From the IMG/VR virus record IMGVR_UViG_3300035670_000030, positions 79,731 to 143,730 of that record: a stretch of DNA of 64,000 nucleotides, one strand, 5' to 3'. The translations under genes were made by a program, and so were the position numbers. Each line of letters opens with the position of its first letter. Position 1 is the stretch's first letter. A model generated the notes under the pieces. It was given only the letters and a program-made list of their open reading frames with translations. It was not told the origin of the DNA and did no database searches. The stretch comes from a virus. Positions 49,708-58,833 of this stretch are shown here, one piece after another.

Positions 49708-50804
49708 TATATTAAAATATATACTACTCCACTGATAGGAGTAATAGCATTATATTGCCCCGTGGTCATTACTTGCATTCCGCTAACACCACCAAGATTT
49801 TTAACGATACCGCTCGTTACAACATTTCCAGTTTCAATAGATAATTTGCTTGCACCAACAATTGAAATATTTGCACCAGAAAATATATAACTATCAGCTT
49901 CAAATGTTTTATCTCCGCTTATAGTTTGGCTACCAGTTGTAAATAGAACATTTTCACTAGTAATAAATCCACTTGGATTACTTGCTTGATAATAATTACT
50001 AATGCCAGAAACATCACCAGTAGTAAGCTGTTTATTTTCCCAATATCCACTAGCTAAATTATATTTGATAAAATCATTATTTTTTAAAGCAGAAAATTTA
50101 ACATTATTGTCTGTGCCTCCAAGTTCGCTACCAGCTGTGACACGAGCGAAAACAATACCATTGTTGCCCGATGTAGTGTTAAGACCTACTATAACTTTAG
50201 CATTAGGAGCCTGCGGTGGAATATTTGTAAAACCACCAGTTGTCGCAGGATCATAATAAAGTATAGAATCTACAGGGAAATTATTTGTGTCAATTCCGCG
50301 TATAGCACCAAAAGCAACAACATCACCATAATCATTAGCGGCAATTTCTTCTGCGGAAATACCCATAATCAATTGACCACTATTTCCAATATTTTGCGCT
50401 TCTCTTGCGAGCAGATATTCACTGTTTCCAATGCCACCTAAGGCCATAACTACTTTGCCTTTTCTTATGGTTTGTGCGGCTTTGACGCGATAAAATGATT
50501 TAAAGCCAATTGGATTAATAACGTCGCCATTATTCATTCCAATTTGCAAAGTCCCATAGTCAGCATTCCAATTCATCTGACCGTCTAAAACTTCTCCAGT
50601 GTTTGCGGTGTTAAAATTTAATATTCCACTAAAATTAGTGTTATTTATAAACGTTTTATTACCACTAATAGTTTGATTTCCAGTAATAGAAACTCCTGAA
50701 AGATTTAAAAGCGCCTGTCCAGCATTAGACGCATTCGTACCGCCGCCAGCAATAGTTCTAACGCCACTAGTTTCTACAATATTGGTACGAAATAATCTAT
50801 TCAT
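49707..50804 (-). CDS. Fibre/decoration protein
   Basis: TG.QTISG.KTF repeats; decoration-like middle domain; C-terminal MTTGQYNAI....VVYILI. Confidence 0.65.
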   Translation of the reverse strand: MNRLFRTNIVETSGVRTIAGGGTNASNAGQALLNLSGVSITGNQTISGNKTFINNTNFSGILNFNTANTGEVLDGQMNWNADYGTLQIGMNNGDVINPIGFKSFYRVKAAQTIRKGKVVMALGGIGNSEYLLAREAQNIGNSGQLIMGISAEEIAANDYGDVVAFGAIRGIDTNNFPVDSILYYDPATTGGFTNIPPQAPNAKVIVGLNTTSGNNGIVFARVTAGSELGGTDNNVKFSALKNNDFIKYNLASGYWENKQLTTGDVSGISNYYQASNPSGFITSENVLFTTGSQTISGDKTFEADSYIFSGANISIVGASKLSIETGNVVTSGIVKNLGGVSGMQVMTTGQYNAITPISGVVYILI

Positions 50805-50806
50805 AA

Positions 50807-51112
50807 TTAAAATCTAATTTGTTTATGTTCTCCATTTACACGGCAATTGATGATGCCGCTTCCTGCTGGCAAAATAACGTCCACGCTAATCAATTGAGAG
50901 CCTTCAATTTTGTTGGCATCATAGATTGCTTGTGCGGAAGCAACGTCTTCAGAGGATGGTGTTTCAAACATCCTCTCTTTTACAGCGTCCAGCACGGCTT
51001 TGCGCTCTTCTGCGGGAGCTTCCCTGTTTTCAATAACAGCCTTTTCAGCCTCTGTTATGTTGGGATTAACTCTTTGTTTCCACTCGTTATTAATTAAGGT
51101 TAAATTTTTCAT
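50807..51112 (-). CDS. Hypothetical protein
   Basis: 101 aa, in operon with its neighbours. Confidence 0.6.
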   Translation of the reverse strand: MKNLTLINNEWKQRVNPNITEAEKAVIENREAPAEERKAVLDAVKERMFETPSSEDVASAQAIYDANKIEGSQLISVDVILPAGSGIINCRVNGEHKQIRF

Positions 51113-51120
51113 GGGATAAT

Positions 51121-52359
51121 TTATTGATCTATAATGTCATTGTTTCCGTCGATGCAGTTACGCATCAATCCCCCGCCACTGACGGGTTCAAATGTTCCAG
51201 AAGTCAGGCGACATTCAAAAAATTTACCAGTAAGGAAACCGCTAAGACCTCCGAAGCCATATAGGCCAGCTATACAATTTGTAAATGTTCCGCTAGCCGT
51301 GCCGCCATTACCGCCGAAGTTTCCATCACCACCGATGCAATCTATAAATGTTCCGCTTGCATTTCCAATAGTATCACCAAAGCTGTTAGTGCCAGCAATA
51401 CAGCGTATAAATATTCCGCTAGCAGCTCCAAGACTTCCGAAGCTAATATCACCAGCCCTGCAATCTGTAAATGTTCCGCTAGCTATACCACCATCACCAC
51501 CAAACGAAGCAAGACCACCTATGCAATTAGTAAATATGCCATTAGCAATACCAGCATTGCCACCAAAGCTGTAATTACCTGCAATGCAATCTGTAAATGT
51601 TCCACTTGCTACTCCGGAAGAACCACTAAACGAGTTAGAAGATCCAATACAACCCGTAAATGTACCACTAGATGTAATCCCAAAACACTCATCCCCACCT
51701 AGGCAATTAATGAATGTCCCACTAGCTAATCCGTACCCACCAAATGAACTATATTGTGCAATACAATTCGTAAATATACCGCTAGCTATTCCCGTAAATC
51801 CCCCACCAAAACTGTAATTACCTCCAATGCAATTTGTAAAAGTTCCACTTGATTGCCCTCCGTTACCGCCAAAACTTTCATCGCCCCCAACGCAATCTTC
51901 AAATCTTTGAAGTGGCAAATCGTTACCTATCTTAAAAGCCTGAGAACCAACACTAATACCCTGAACGCGTACATCATTTGCGGTTACATTGAAGGTGTTG
52001 CCCGTAATGGTGACGGCAGGAATTGCCCCTTTTTCTAGCTTTTGCGCTCCGAGGCCAATGATATCCACATACTGCGCGTCAATTGCAAGTTCAGATGATA
52101 AAGAATAATTACCTGGCATTATAATTAAACATGCCCTATTTGTAGAACTTTTAGCCTGACCATTTGGAGTTAAAGCCTTTGCTTCATTATATTTTGTTGC
52201 TAAATTATCTTCAGGTTCTGCTACTATATAAGTATCAGTACTTTTAATTACAGCCTGTTGAGATATCAATTCTTCAATTGTAGATAAATCTATATCTCCA
52301 GGTGTTGTTGTAGAAGGATACTCCTGTTCTGCCTTTCTAATTATATTTCTAATAGCCAT
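51121..52359 (-). CDS. Beta-solenoid repeat protein (ASGTFTNCIGG..SFGG repeats)
   Basis: ~11-12 tandem 18-22-aa repeats after a pectin-lyase-like N-cap (IMPGNY...IIGLG). Confidence 0.75.
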   Translation of the reverse strand: MAIRNIIRKAEQEYPSTTTPGDIDLSTIEELISQQAVIKSTDTYIVAEPEDNLATKYNEAKALTPNGQAKSSTNRACLIIMPGNYSLSSELAIDAQYVDIIGLGAQKLEKGAIPAVTITGNTFNVTANDVRVQGISVGSQAFKIGNDLPLQRFEDCVGGDESFGGNGGQSSGTFTNCIGGNYSFGGGFTGIASGIFTNCIAQYSSFGGYGLASGTFINCLGGDECFGITSSGTFTGCIGSSNSFSGSSGVASGTFTDCIAGNYSFGGNAGIANGIFTNCIGGLASFGGDGGIASGTFTDCRAGDISFGSLGAASGIFIRCIAGTNSFGDTIGNASGTFIDCIGGDGNFGGNGGTASGTFTNCIAGLYGFGGLSGFLTGKFFECRLTSGTFEPVSGGGLMRNCIDGNNDIIDQ

Positions 52360-52375
52360 TAATTATTAATTACAC

Positions 52376-53101
52376 TTATTTTTTTATATTTTCAAATCTT
52401 TCTATGATATAAGACAATATTTCAGATCTTACAATATCTTCCTTGCCAAATTCAAAAGTATAAATACCATGTTTTCTAGATTCTTCTGTATCAAACATAT
52501 CAAATACTTTACTAAATCCACTTTGTTTAATATCTGATTGTTGAGCATCTCCACATATAAATAATGTTGAAAATTTCGCCATTCTTGTCATTACTAATAG
52601 AAAGTCTTCTACACGACAATTTTGAGCTTCATCCATAATAAAAGCAGCGTTAGAAATATTTAAACCACGCAAGAAACCCAACGGAATCCCAACAATTCTT
52701 TCATCGGCCATCAGTGCTTTAACATGTGGTTCTATTAATAATTCATTTAATTTATCTACCATTGGATGAGTATAAGGAGACATTTTTTCTTCCGATGTCC
52801 CTTTAATATATCCAATACCATGCACAGAAGCCTCGACTGGAACGCGGCTGTAATATATTTCACTAATTTTTTTATCTTTAATTTTTTGTAGTGAGCAGTA
52901 TACGGCAAGAAGAGTTTTACTAGTACCAGCCACACCTTTAGTAATAATTACTTTTGTATGTTTATCACTGGCTAATTTAATAAACTCTTTTTGTTTATCT
53001 GTCCATGGTAATTCTCTTATATTGAGTTCAATGTTTGATTTAGTTTTTTTCTTCTCCGTATACGGAGAAACGTCACGAGATTTTTCTTTTTTTGACTTCA
53101 T
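52376..53101 (-). CDS. phoH: PhoH-family ATPase
   Basis: GVAGTSKT P-loop, LRGLN, DEAQN, TRM, GD.QQSD and DIVRS motifs; start re-called at 53101. Confidence 0.93.
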   Translation of the reverse strand: MKSKKEKSRDVSPYTEKKKTKSNIELNIRELPWTDKQKEFIKLASDKHTKVIITKGVAGTSKTLLAVYCSLQKIKDKKISEIYYSRVPVEASVHGIGYIKGTSEEKMSPYTHPMVDKLNELLIEPHVKALMADERIVGIPLGFLRGLNISNAAFIMDEAQNCRVEDFLLVMTRMAKFSTLFICGDAQQSDIKQSGFSKVFDMFDTEESRKHGIYTFEFGKEDIVRSEILSYIIERFENIKK

Positions 53102-53207
53102 GAAAGAACATATATATTTACACACTATACAATTGAGACACTTTTTATTTTATTTTTCTTTATTTTTTTTTGAACATTTTAATATACAATGAGTCTAATA
53201 TCACACT

Positions 53208-53615
53208 ATGAATATTAACGCAAGCCTCGTACCTAAAACTTATAGTGGTTCTAACACATGGGAAATTGTAGATCTGATTGATCAAAGTTGGCCCAAATGG
53301 GCATCAATGTTTGATGTTGTGACAAGTCCGTCATATAGTTTTTCAAATAGGGTTGGATTTAAAGAAAGCGATAAAGATTCTTTCAATTTAGAGATAGAAC
53401 TCCCACGTTTTCGCAAAGAAAATATTAAACTCTCTGCTGAAAATAATGTTTTACATATTAGTGCAGAACAAGATAATCTTAAATTCTATCATTCGGTTAG
53501 TATCCCCACAACTTTAGATACAAATACAATTGAAGCTAAACTTGATCATGGTGTACTCACGATCTCCGCCCAAAAAGCCGAGCAAGCTAAAACAAAATTA
53601 ATTGAAATTAAATAA
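53208..53615 (+). CDS. Small heat-shock protein (HSP20/alpha-crystallin)
   Basis: ELPRF.KENI.L...NNVLHI...IEAKLDHGVLTI motif. Confidence 0.9.
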   Translation: MNINASLVPKTYSGSNTWEIVDLIDQSWPKWASMFDVVTSPSYSFSNRVGFKESDKDSFNLEIELPRFRKENIKLSAENNVLHISAEQDNLKFYHSVSIPTTLDTNTIEAKLDHGVLTISAQKAEQAKTKLIEIK

Positions 53616-53655
53616 AACTTTACATAAGAATAAATTATCGTTATAATTAACGATA

Positions 53656-54693
53656 ATGGAAAATATTTATTTTTTTCACTGGCCATCTGATTTAGGTGGC
53701 GCGGATACCAGACTAAAAGATCTTATACAACTTTTTTCAGAATCGAATAAATATAATTTATTCTGCATCCCAAATGATGATTTTAGATTAAAAGAAAAAA
53801 ATAATATCGATTTCCTAACAAAGAATAACGTAAAAATTCTAACTTGGGATACTTTACCAATTCATACAAAAGGTTATGCCATAGCTTTTTGTAATTTTAG
53901 ATTATTTCAAGAATCTTGGCGACTAGAAAAAATAAAAAATATTGGCCTAAAATTTATTTGGTCAAATGATATGATGTGGTCTTCACAAGAAGAAGCCAGT
54001 GCTTTTGAAAAAAATTTAGTTTCGGCCGCTATATTCACAAGCGATTTTCATCAAAACCGTTTAATTAAAGTTAACCCCTCATTTAATAAAGTTAAAAATT
54101 ATATTGTTCCTAATTATTTTAATTCTGATAAATACAAAAAAAATAATAAAAAATCATATTTAGATGATAAATTTGTTATTGGGAAATTATCAAGAGCAGA
54201 ATGGACTAAATATGGTGAAAATTTTCCACTGTTTTATAGTAAAATAAAAATACCAAATGCTCATTTTAGATTTATGGGCTGGAATGAAAAGTTGGAGCAA
54301 AAATACAGTTGGTTTAAATTTGGAAATAATTTTGAGCTTTTAAAAGAAAACCAAGAAAGTATTGTTGAATTTTTATCACAACTTGATTTATATGTTTTTA
54401 CTTGTCATCATAATTATACAGAAAATCAATCTAGATCTATTATTGAAGCACAATTATTGGGAATTCCATGTATCGTACCTAATGAAGGAAATTTTCCTAA
54501 TATGATTTGGCATGAAAGAACTGGATTTGTATATAACAATATTGAAGAATGTTATAGTTATATTAATAAATTATATAATGATAAAATGTTATTAAATACT
54601 ATGAGTTATAATTCAAAAGAAATTATAAAATTTATTTGGGGTAATAAACATTCCCAATTACAAACTTGGGAAAAAATCTTTGCGTCGATATGA
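53656..54693 (+). CDS. GT-B (GT4-like) glycosyltransferase
   Basis: GGAD N-terminal loop; ENQSRSIIEA (E-x7-E) followed by GIPCI. Confidence 0.85.
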   Translation: MENIYFFHWPSDLGGADTRLKDLIQLFSESNKYNLFCIPNDDFRLKEKNNIDFLTKNNVKILTWDTLPIHTKGYAIAFCNFRLFQESWRLEKIKNIGLKFIWSNDMMWSSQEEASAFEKNLVSAAIFTSDFHQNRLIKVNPSFNKVKNYIVPNYFNSDKYKKNNKKSYLDDKFVIGKLSRAEWTKYGENFPLFYSKIKIPNAHFRFMGWNEKLEQKYSWFKFGNNFELLKENQESIVEFLSQLDLYVFTCHHNYTENQSRSIIEAQLLGIPCIVPNEGNFPNMIWHERTGFVYNNIEECYSYINKLYNDKMLLNTMSYNSKEIIKFIWGNKHSQLQTWEKIFASI

Positions 54694-55490
54694 GTAAAAA
54701 ATTCTGTTATTGGACAATCAGTTGGGGCGATTATGATTATATATCACAATCCATGGTTAACTCAGCTAGAGAAGTTGGTATCGATGAAGATTTTTATGCT
54801 TTTACAGAAAAACCAATTAAAAATTGCTACAATACAAGTTTAAATAAAAATATAAAATTAGACTCTTTACAATTTTTTAAATTTGAATATTTGAAACACG
54901 AAATTCAAAAATTAGATTATGATTATTTTGTATTTATTGATGCTGATCATTATTTTGTCAGAAAACCAGACATTACACCTTTAGATATAATTAAAGATAG
55001 TCCATGGCATTCGTTTTTAGAAAGCCCGATTAATACTGAAAAGACAAAAAGACCAGATTGGTGGCAAGTACCTAATATTGTAATGACAACATTTATGAAA
55101 AAAAATGGTGTGATGTCTCATGAAATCAGAAATAGTAACGGAGGTTTTTGGATATGTAAAAAACAATTTATTGAACAGGCTTGTAATTTAGCTTATGAGT
55201 TTCATAATAAATTAAGAAATTATAATATAACAGTTCCAGAGGAAGTCTCTATCGCCTATCTTTCTCATTTAATGTCTCCCATCATTCAAGATAGGTATTT
55301 AGAAAATTTTACAAATTATTGGGCTTCTGATTGGACTGAAAATTTTAAAGATCAAGTACCTGAAAATCGACAATGGGAGTATACTTCTTACATGACTTAT
55401 GAAAAAATACAGGTTAGCCCTGCGATTGTTCATGCCATGAGAAGTAAGAAAGCTTTAATTGAATTAGGTAAAAAATATGTTAATTATTAA
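54690..55490 (+). CDS. GT-A-like glycosyltransferase
   Basis: YFVFIDADH (DxD) and NGGFW motifs; ATGA coupling with the upstream stop. Confidence 0.7.
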   Translation: MSKKFCYWTISWGDYDYISQSMVNSAREVGIDEDFYAFTEKPIKNCYNTSLNKNIKLDSLQFFKFEYLKHEIQKLDYDYFVFIDADHYFVRKPDITPLDIIKDSPWHSFLESPINTEKTKRPDWWQVPNIVMTTFMKKNGVMSHEIRNSNGGFWICKKQFIEQACNLAYEFHNKLRNYNITVPEEVSIAYLSHLMSPIIQDRYLENFTNYWASDWTENFKDQVPENRQWEYTSYMTYEKIQVSPAIVHAMRSKKALIELGKKYVNY

Positions 55491-55510
55491 TAAATAATGT
55501 AAATTTATAG

Positions 55511-55909
55511 GTGGCAAGACTATTTTACTTATTATTAATTTTAATAATCATATTGGGCATTTTGCCTAATTATTCGACTAAGCCGCCACAAGAAGATATT
55601 ATTCTTAATAATGGGTGTTTAATTTATGCCATTCAGTATCAACATGCAATAGAGGCTAAAAATATTCTAAATGAGTCCGATGTTTGGGCAAAAATATTAT
55701 TATATAGATTAGTAGGGAATAAATCTGGACATGCTGTTACCTTATATGTTTATAAAAATAAAACATATGTGTATGATCCAGCTTTCGCCAGTTATCAATT
55801 AACAGAATTCCCAGTTTATAATCCTTATAAAATAGTAAGTCTTATGCACCCAATGAGCAAAATTGCTTGGGCTGAATATGCTGAAAATGTTTTGTTGTAT
55901 AACCCCTAG
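55511..55909 (+). CDS. Exported/membrane protein with a papain-like Cys-His-Asp triad
   Basis: N-terminal hydrophobic segment; NGCLIYA...GHAV...YVYDP. Confidence 0.55.
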   Translation: MARLFYLLLILIIILGILPNYSTKPPQEDIILNNGCLIYAIQYQHAIEAKNILNESDVWAKILLYRLVGNKSGHAVTLYVYKNKTYVYDPAFASYQLTEFPVYNPYKIVSLMHPMSKIAWAEYAENVLLYNP

Positions 55910-55945
55910 TTTAGCCTGTTCAAAATTATTGCCTAGCCCCATTCA

Positions 55946-56047
55946 TTAACGAGTGCGGCTGGGAAAAAATTCTGCAAGCATTGCTATATATCCAACACAT
56001 GTAACGCCTAAATTGACCATAGTCATTATAGTAGCAAATAATATCAT
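55946..56047 (-). CDS. 33-aa hydrophobic peptide (not in the ORF track)
   Basis: MILFATIMTMVNLGVTCVGYIAMLAEFFPSRTR*; perfect SD AAAGGAGGTG (56054-56063); TGTAA motif at 56077-56081. Confidence 0.5.
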   Translation of the reverse strand: MILFATIMTMVNLGVTCVGYIAMLAEFFPSRTR

Positions 56048-56137
56048 TCGAAACACCTCCTTTCATATACTATATATTACAGCAATTTAAATGCCAGAAA
56101 AGTTACAATATTGTTTCATTATGAATTAACAACATAT

Positions 56138-57001
56138 CTATTTAATTCTATATTCTTTGCAAATTTTTTTATATAGTGCATACGTATTTTTACGAATTTC
56201 TTTTACCTTTTTTCCATCCCACAAATGGAGTACGCCTACTTTTAAACCATAAGAATAACTAAATTGTGAATATTTAATTGGTATTAAGGTAGTATATGTT
56301 TTTAATTTCTTTTTCATCATTATCAGAAATAAAACTTGCTCAATTATGACTGGGATTGTTGCATAGGCAAGTTCATCGAATGTGGTTTTAAATTTTGTTA
56401 TTAATTCATCGCCATCTAAAAAATCTTTATGTTCTATAATACAATCAATCATTTTTTGCGCGGTTTCATTTATTATTGGAATATTATTTTCTATACAGGA
56501 TCCAAATATAGCAAAATTGACAGACATGAATTTTTGGTCTAAATCTAAATTTAATGATTTATTTAGAACATCTAAGATGACCGCGACCCCATTTTTATAA
56601 AAATCGCATCCCTTTCCAAAGTTTGAACTCCAAGGTTCATCATGGTAGGTAAAAAATGGTGCATTCTTAATTTTTTCTAAAAAAGAGTTATTTAATATAA
56701 AGAAATCAAAATCAATATGTATAAATGGACGTTTTTCCATGCTCATTGTCAAAATTTTACCAGCACTCCATACACTTCTAGGTAATTTATTAGTTATTTT
56801 ATCATCCAATAAAATTATTTCATCGTAAGGAATATTTTTTAAAAGTTCGGCTCCTATTTTATCTGTATATAATACTGTTTTCAATCCCGTATTCTTTTTG
56901 GCGTAATACTGCGAGCAAGTAGCAAATATTTTTGTATCTTCATCAGTAGCATTACTTCCAATTCTATTCCCCAAAAAACTAAATATAATAACTGGTTCCA
57001 T
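56138..57001 (-). CDS. Putative nucleotide-sugar transferase (GT-A-like)
   Basis: LYTD..G, W..GKI, PFIHIDFD (DxD) and IEQ motifs. Confidence 0.6.
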   Translation of the reverse strand: MEPVIIFSFLGNRIGSNATDEDTKIFATCSQYYAKKNTGLKTVLYTDKIGAELLKNIPYDEIILLDDKITNKLPRSVWSAGKILTMSMEKRPFIHIDFDFFILNNSFLEKIKNAPFFTYHDEPWSSNFGKGCDFYKNGVAVILDVLNKSLNLDLDQKFMSVNFAIFGSCIENNIPIINETAQKMIDCIIEHKDFLDGDELITKFKTTFDELAYATIPVIIEQVLFLIMMKKKLKTYTTLIPIKYSQFSYSYGLKVGVLHLWDGKKVKEIRKNTYALYKKICKEYRIK

Positions 57002-57044
57002 TATTTATCCTATATATTACATAAATATTCTTAAATTGTTACGG

Positions 57045-57245
57045 TTAAATTAAATTAATTAAAACAAAATACCCCGACCAAATTTCCAGATTGATTTGTT
57101 TCTTGATTAGTACAATTAGTCTATTTTTTTAAAAAAAGGTAGGGGGTACATATATATAGAAATACCCACTCTTCTATACATAAGAATAAGGATATGTATA
57201 GGAATATAAGAGAGATGGATTAAATTAAATTAATTAAAATAAAAT
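57045..57245. repeat. 26-bp AT-rich direct repeat (TTAAATTAAATTAATTAAAAYAAAAT) at the late/early junction
   Basis: Copies at 57045-57070 and 57220-57245, one mismatch. Confidence 0.85.
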
Positions 57246-57363
57246 GTCTAGAGATTGAAATTTCACCCCCCCGCCACCTAAAATTAAAACGAACGTTCGA
57301 ATTTTTTCAAAAATGGGGAGGGGTTATCAACAAAAATAATTTGCAGAATCTTAAAAAAATCGC

Positions 57364-57391
57364 TTGCTTTTCTGCCGTCCTGTGGTAGAGT
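57364..57391 (+). promoter_or_regulatory. First early sigma70-type promoter (TTGCTT-16-TAGAGT, extended -10), leaderless
   Basis: ATG lies 6 nt after the -10; upstream A-tracts. Confidence 0.75.
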
Positions 57392-57397
57392 GTAGAC

Positions 57398-57580
57398 ATG
57401 AAGAAGAAATACTACACCAGCACAGAGATCATCGAATACGCCGAACAGACTGGCGCGGTCTGCACGTTCGCCAGCCTCAACCTCCGCATCTTCAAGGGAT
57501 GGACTGCGAAGGGTAGCTATGAGGTCAAGTTCCACAGGATCGAGCCTTGCGTGTGGCAGAAAAAAATCGTCAAAAAATAA
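57398..57580 (+). CDS. Small early protein
   Basis: 60 aa, leaderless promoter. Confidence 0.7.
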   Translation: MKKKYYTSTEIIEYAEQTGAVCTFASLNLRIFKGWTAKGSYEVKFHRIEPCVWQKKIVKK

Positions 57581-57615
57581 CTTGACTTTTTAAGGATCTC
57601 TGATAGATTAAAGAC

Positions 57616-57846
57616 ATGAACACATACGATAACGAAATCATCCACAAAGGCAAAGAATACTACCTTTCGACGGAGTATGACTTTGATCACACTGATACCC
57701 TGCAACTCTCTGGCTTTGTCTTGACTGATGAAGACGGCGAAGAAATCTCGCAAGAGGCCTTCGAAGCAAACGAAGATCTTTATGATCACGTTTGCACTAT
57801 CCTTGCAAACGAAAGCGCCGTCTGCTATGGCGGCGCACCTTGCTAA
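57616..57846 (+). CDS. Small, very acidic early protein
   Basis: 76 aa with 18 D/E vs 2 K; promoter TTGACT(57582)-16-TAGATT. Confidence 0.75.
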   Translation: MNTYDNEIIHKGKEYYLSTEYDFDHTDTLQLSGFVLTDEDGEEISQEAFEANEDLYDHVCTILANESAVCYGGAPC

Positions 57847-57850
57847 CACT

Positions 57851-57937
57851 ATGACACACATCATTATGACATACATCGCAGAAGCACTCGCCGTGGTGCT
57901 CATCCTCCTGCTTGGCGTTGCGATCCTGTCGATCTAA
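57851..57937 (+). CDS. 28-aa single-TM peptide
   Basis: MTHIIMTYIAEALAVVLILLLGVAILSI*; stop codon lies inside repeat element 1. Confidence 0.55.
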   Translation: MTHIIMTYIAEALAVVLILLLGVAILSI

Positions 57938-58010
57938 GTTGTTGTAAATCAACAGCTTACACAGGCGCGCCCCGCCGCGCGCCGTAAGTCCTTGATAATG
58001 AAGCACTTAC
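57934..58010. repeat. 77-bp cassette-boundary element, copy 1
   Basis: 27-bp palindrome, 23-bp GC core, 27-bp palindrome. Confidence 0.93.
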
Positions 58011-58097
58011 AAATGTCAAGCAAAAAAGATAAAAAAAATTTTACACAATCGCAAAAAAATCCCTTGCTTTTTTCGTGCGCTGTGCTATTCTATAAAC

Positions 58098-58445
58098 ATG
58101 AAAGATAAAAAACTATTCAACGTCAACGGAACCCTCTGCAAGCTCGTCATCTCGGAGGATCACGAGGATGACTGCATCAAGCTCTGGCACGAACTCGTCA
58201 GCGTAGAGACTGGCAAAACCATCCACACCCTCTCGTGGTCGCCTTACTCCATCCCTTCAGATGAAGAAGTGCAACAGATCATCGACCTCGGTTTGCCAGA
58301 TGGATTGCGTTGGCACAACTCTCATCCCATGTCTGGGATGAACTTCTGCTCTGACATTCTCGCCATGTTCCTCGCTGGTGAGGAGCATCCCCAAGGCGGC
58401 AAGCTGGAGCTTGTGTTCCGTGTGCGTCATGCGAATGCCGCATAA
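58098..58445 (+). CDS. Early hypothetical protein
   Basis: 115 aa; promoter TTGCTT(58064)-16-TATTCT, leaderless. Confidence 0.8.
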   Translation: MKDKKLFNVNGTLCKLVISEDHEDDCIKLWHELVSVETGKTIHTLSWSPYSIPSDEEVQQIIDLGLPDGLRWHNSHPMSGMNFCSDILAMFLAGEEHPQGGKLELVFRVRHANAA

Positions 58446-58488
58446 AAAATCTCTTGCAATAAACCTCAACATCCCATATCCTAACAAT

Positions 58489-58707
58489 ATGAACATCACC
58501 AACGACCACTTCAACACGCAACCGCAATCCGACGAATATGCCAGCGAGCACGAGGAAGTGCGCGGCACGTTTGCGGCTGAACCAGCCGCAGAGCAGGAGC
58601 CGCAACCCTACGATGGGTGGGAAGGCTGCTGGCCTGGGGATGGATCGGGCATGGACGACCTCGCGGACATGCACGCGAACGAAGCCAATGACTACTACGA
58701 CGAGTAG
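58489..58707 (+). CDS. Small, very acidic early protein
   Basis: Start re-called from promoter TTGCAA(58454)-17-TATCCT; 72 aa with 19 D/E. Confidence 0.75.
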   Translation: MNITNDHFNTQPQSDEYASEHEEVRGTFAAEPAAEQEPQPYDGWEGCWPGDGSGMDDLADMHANEANDYYDE

Positions 58708-58833
58708 TGTCATAGTCGTGTCATAATTTTCCGAACGTTTCGATGCGTGTCTCCATGGCGCGGGAATAAACGAAGAGGAAACGAAGCGCCCGTGTTCAAA
58801 CGGGCGTTTCAATTTGCTGAAATTCAATGTTGC

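Noticed and set aside
480-56600. Short nested or antisense ORFs in the structural region (e.g. 19652-20011, 30317-30613, 51134-51574)
   Set aside because: They lie within long, motif-supported genes and have no independent signals.
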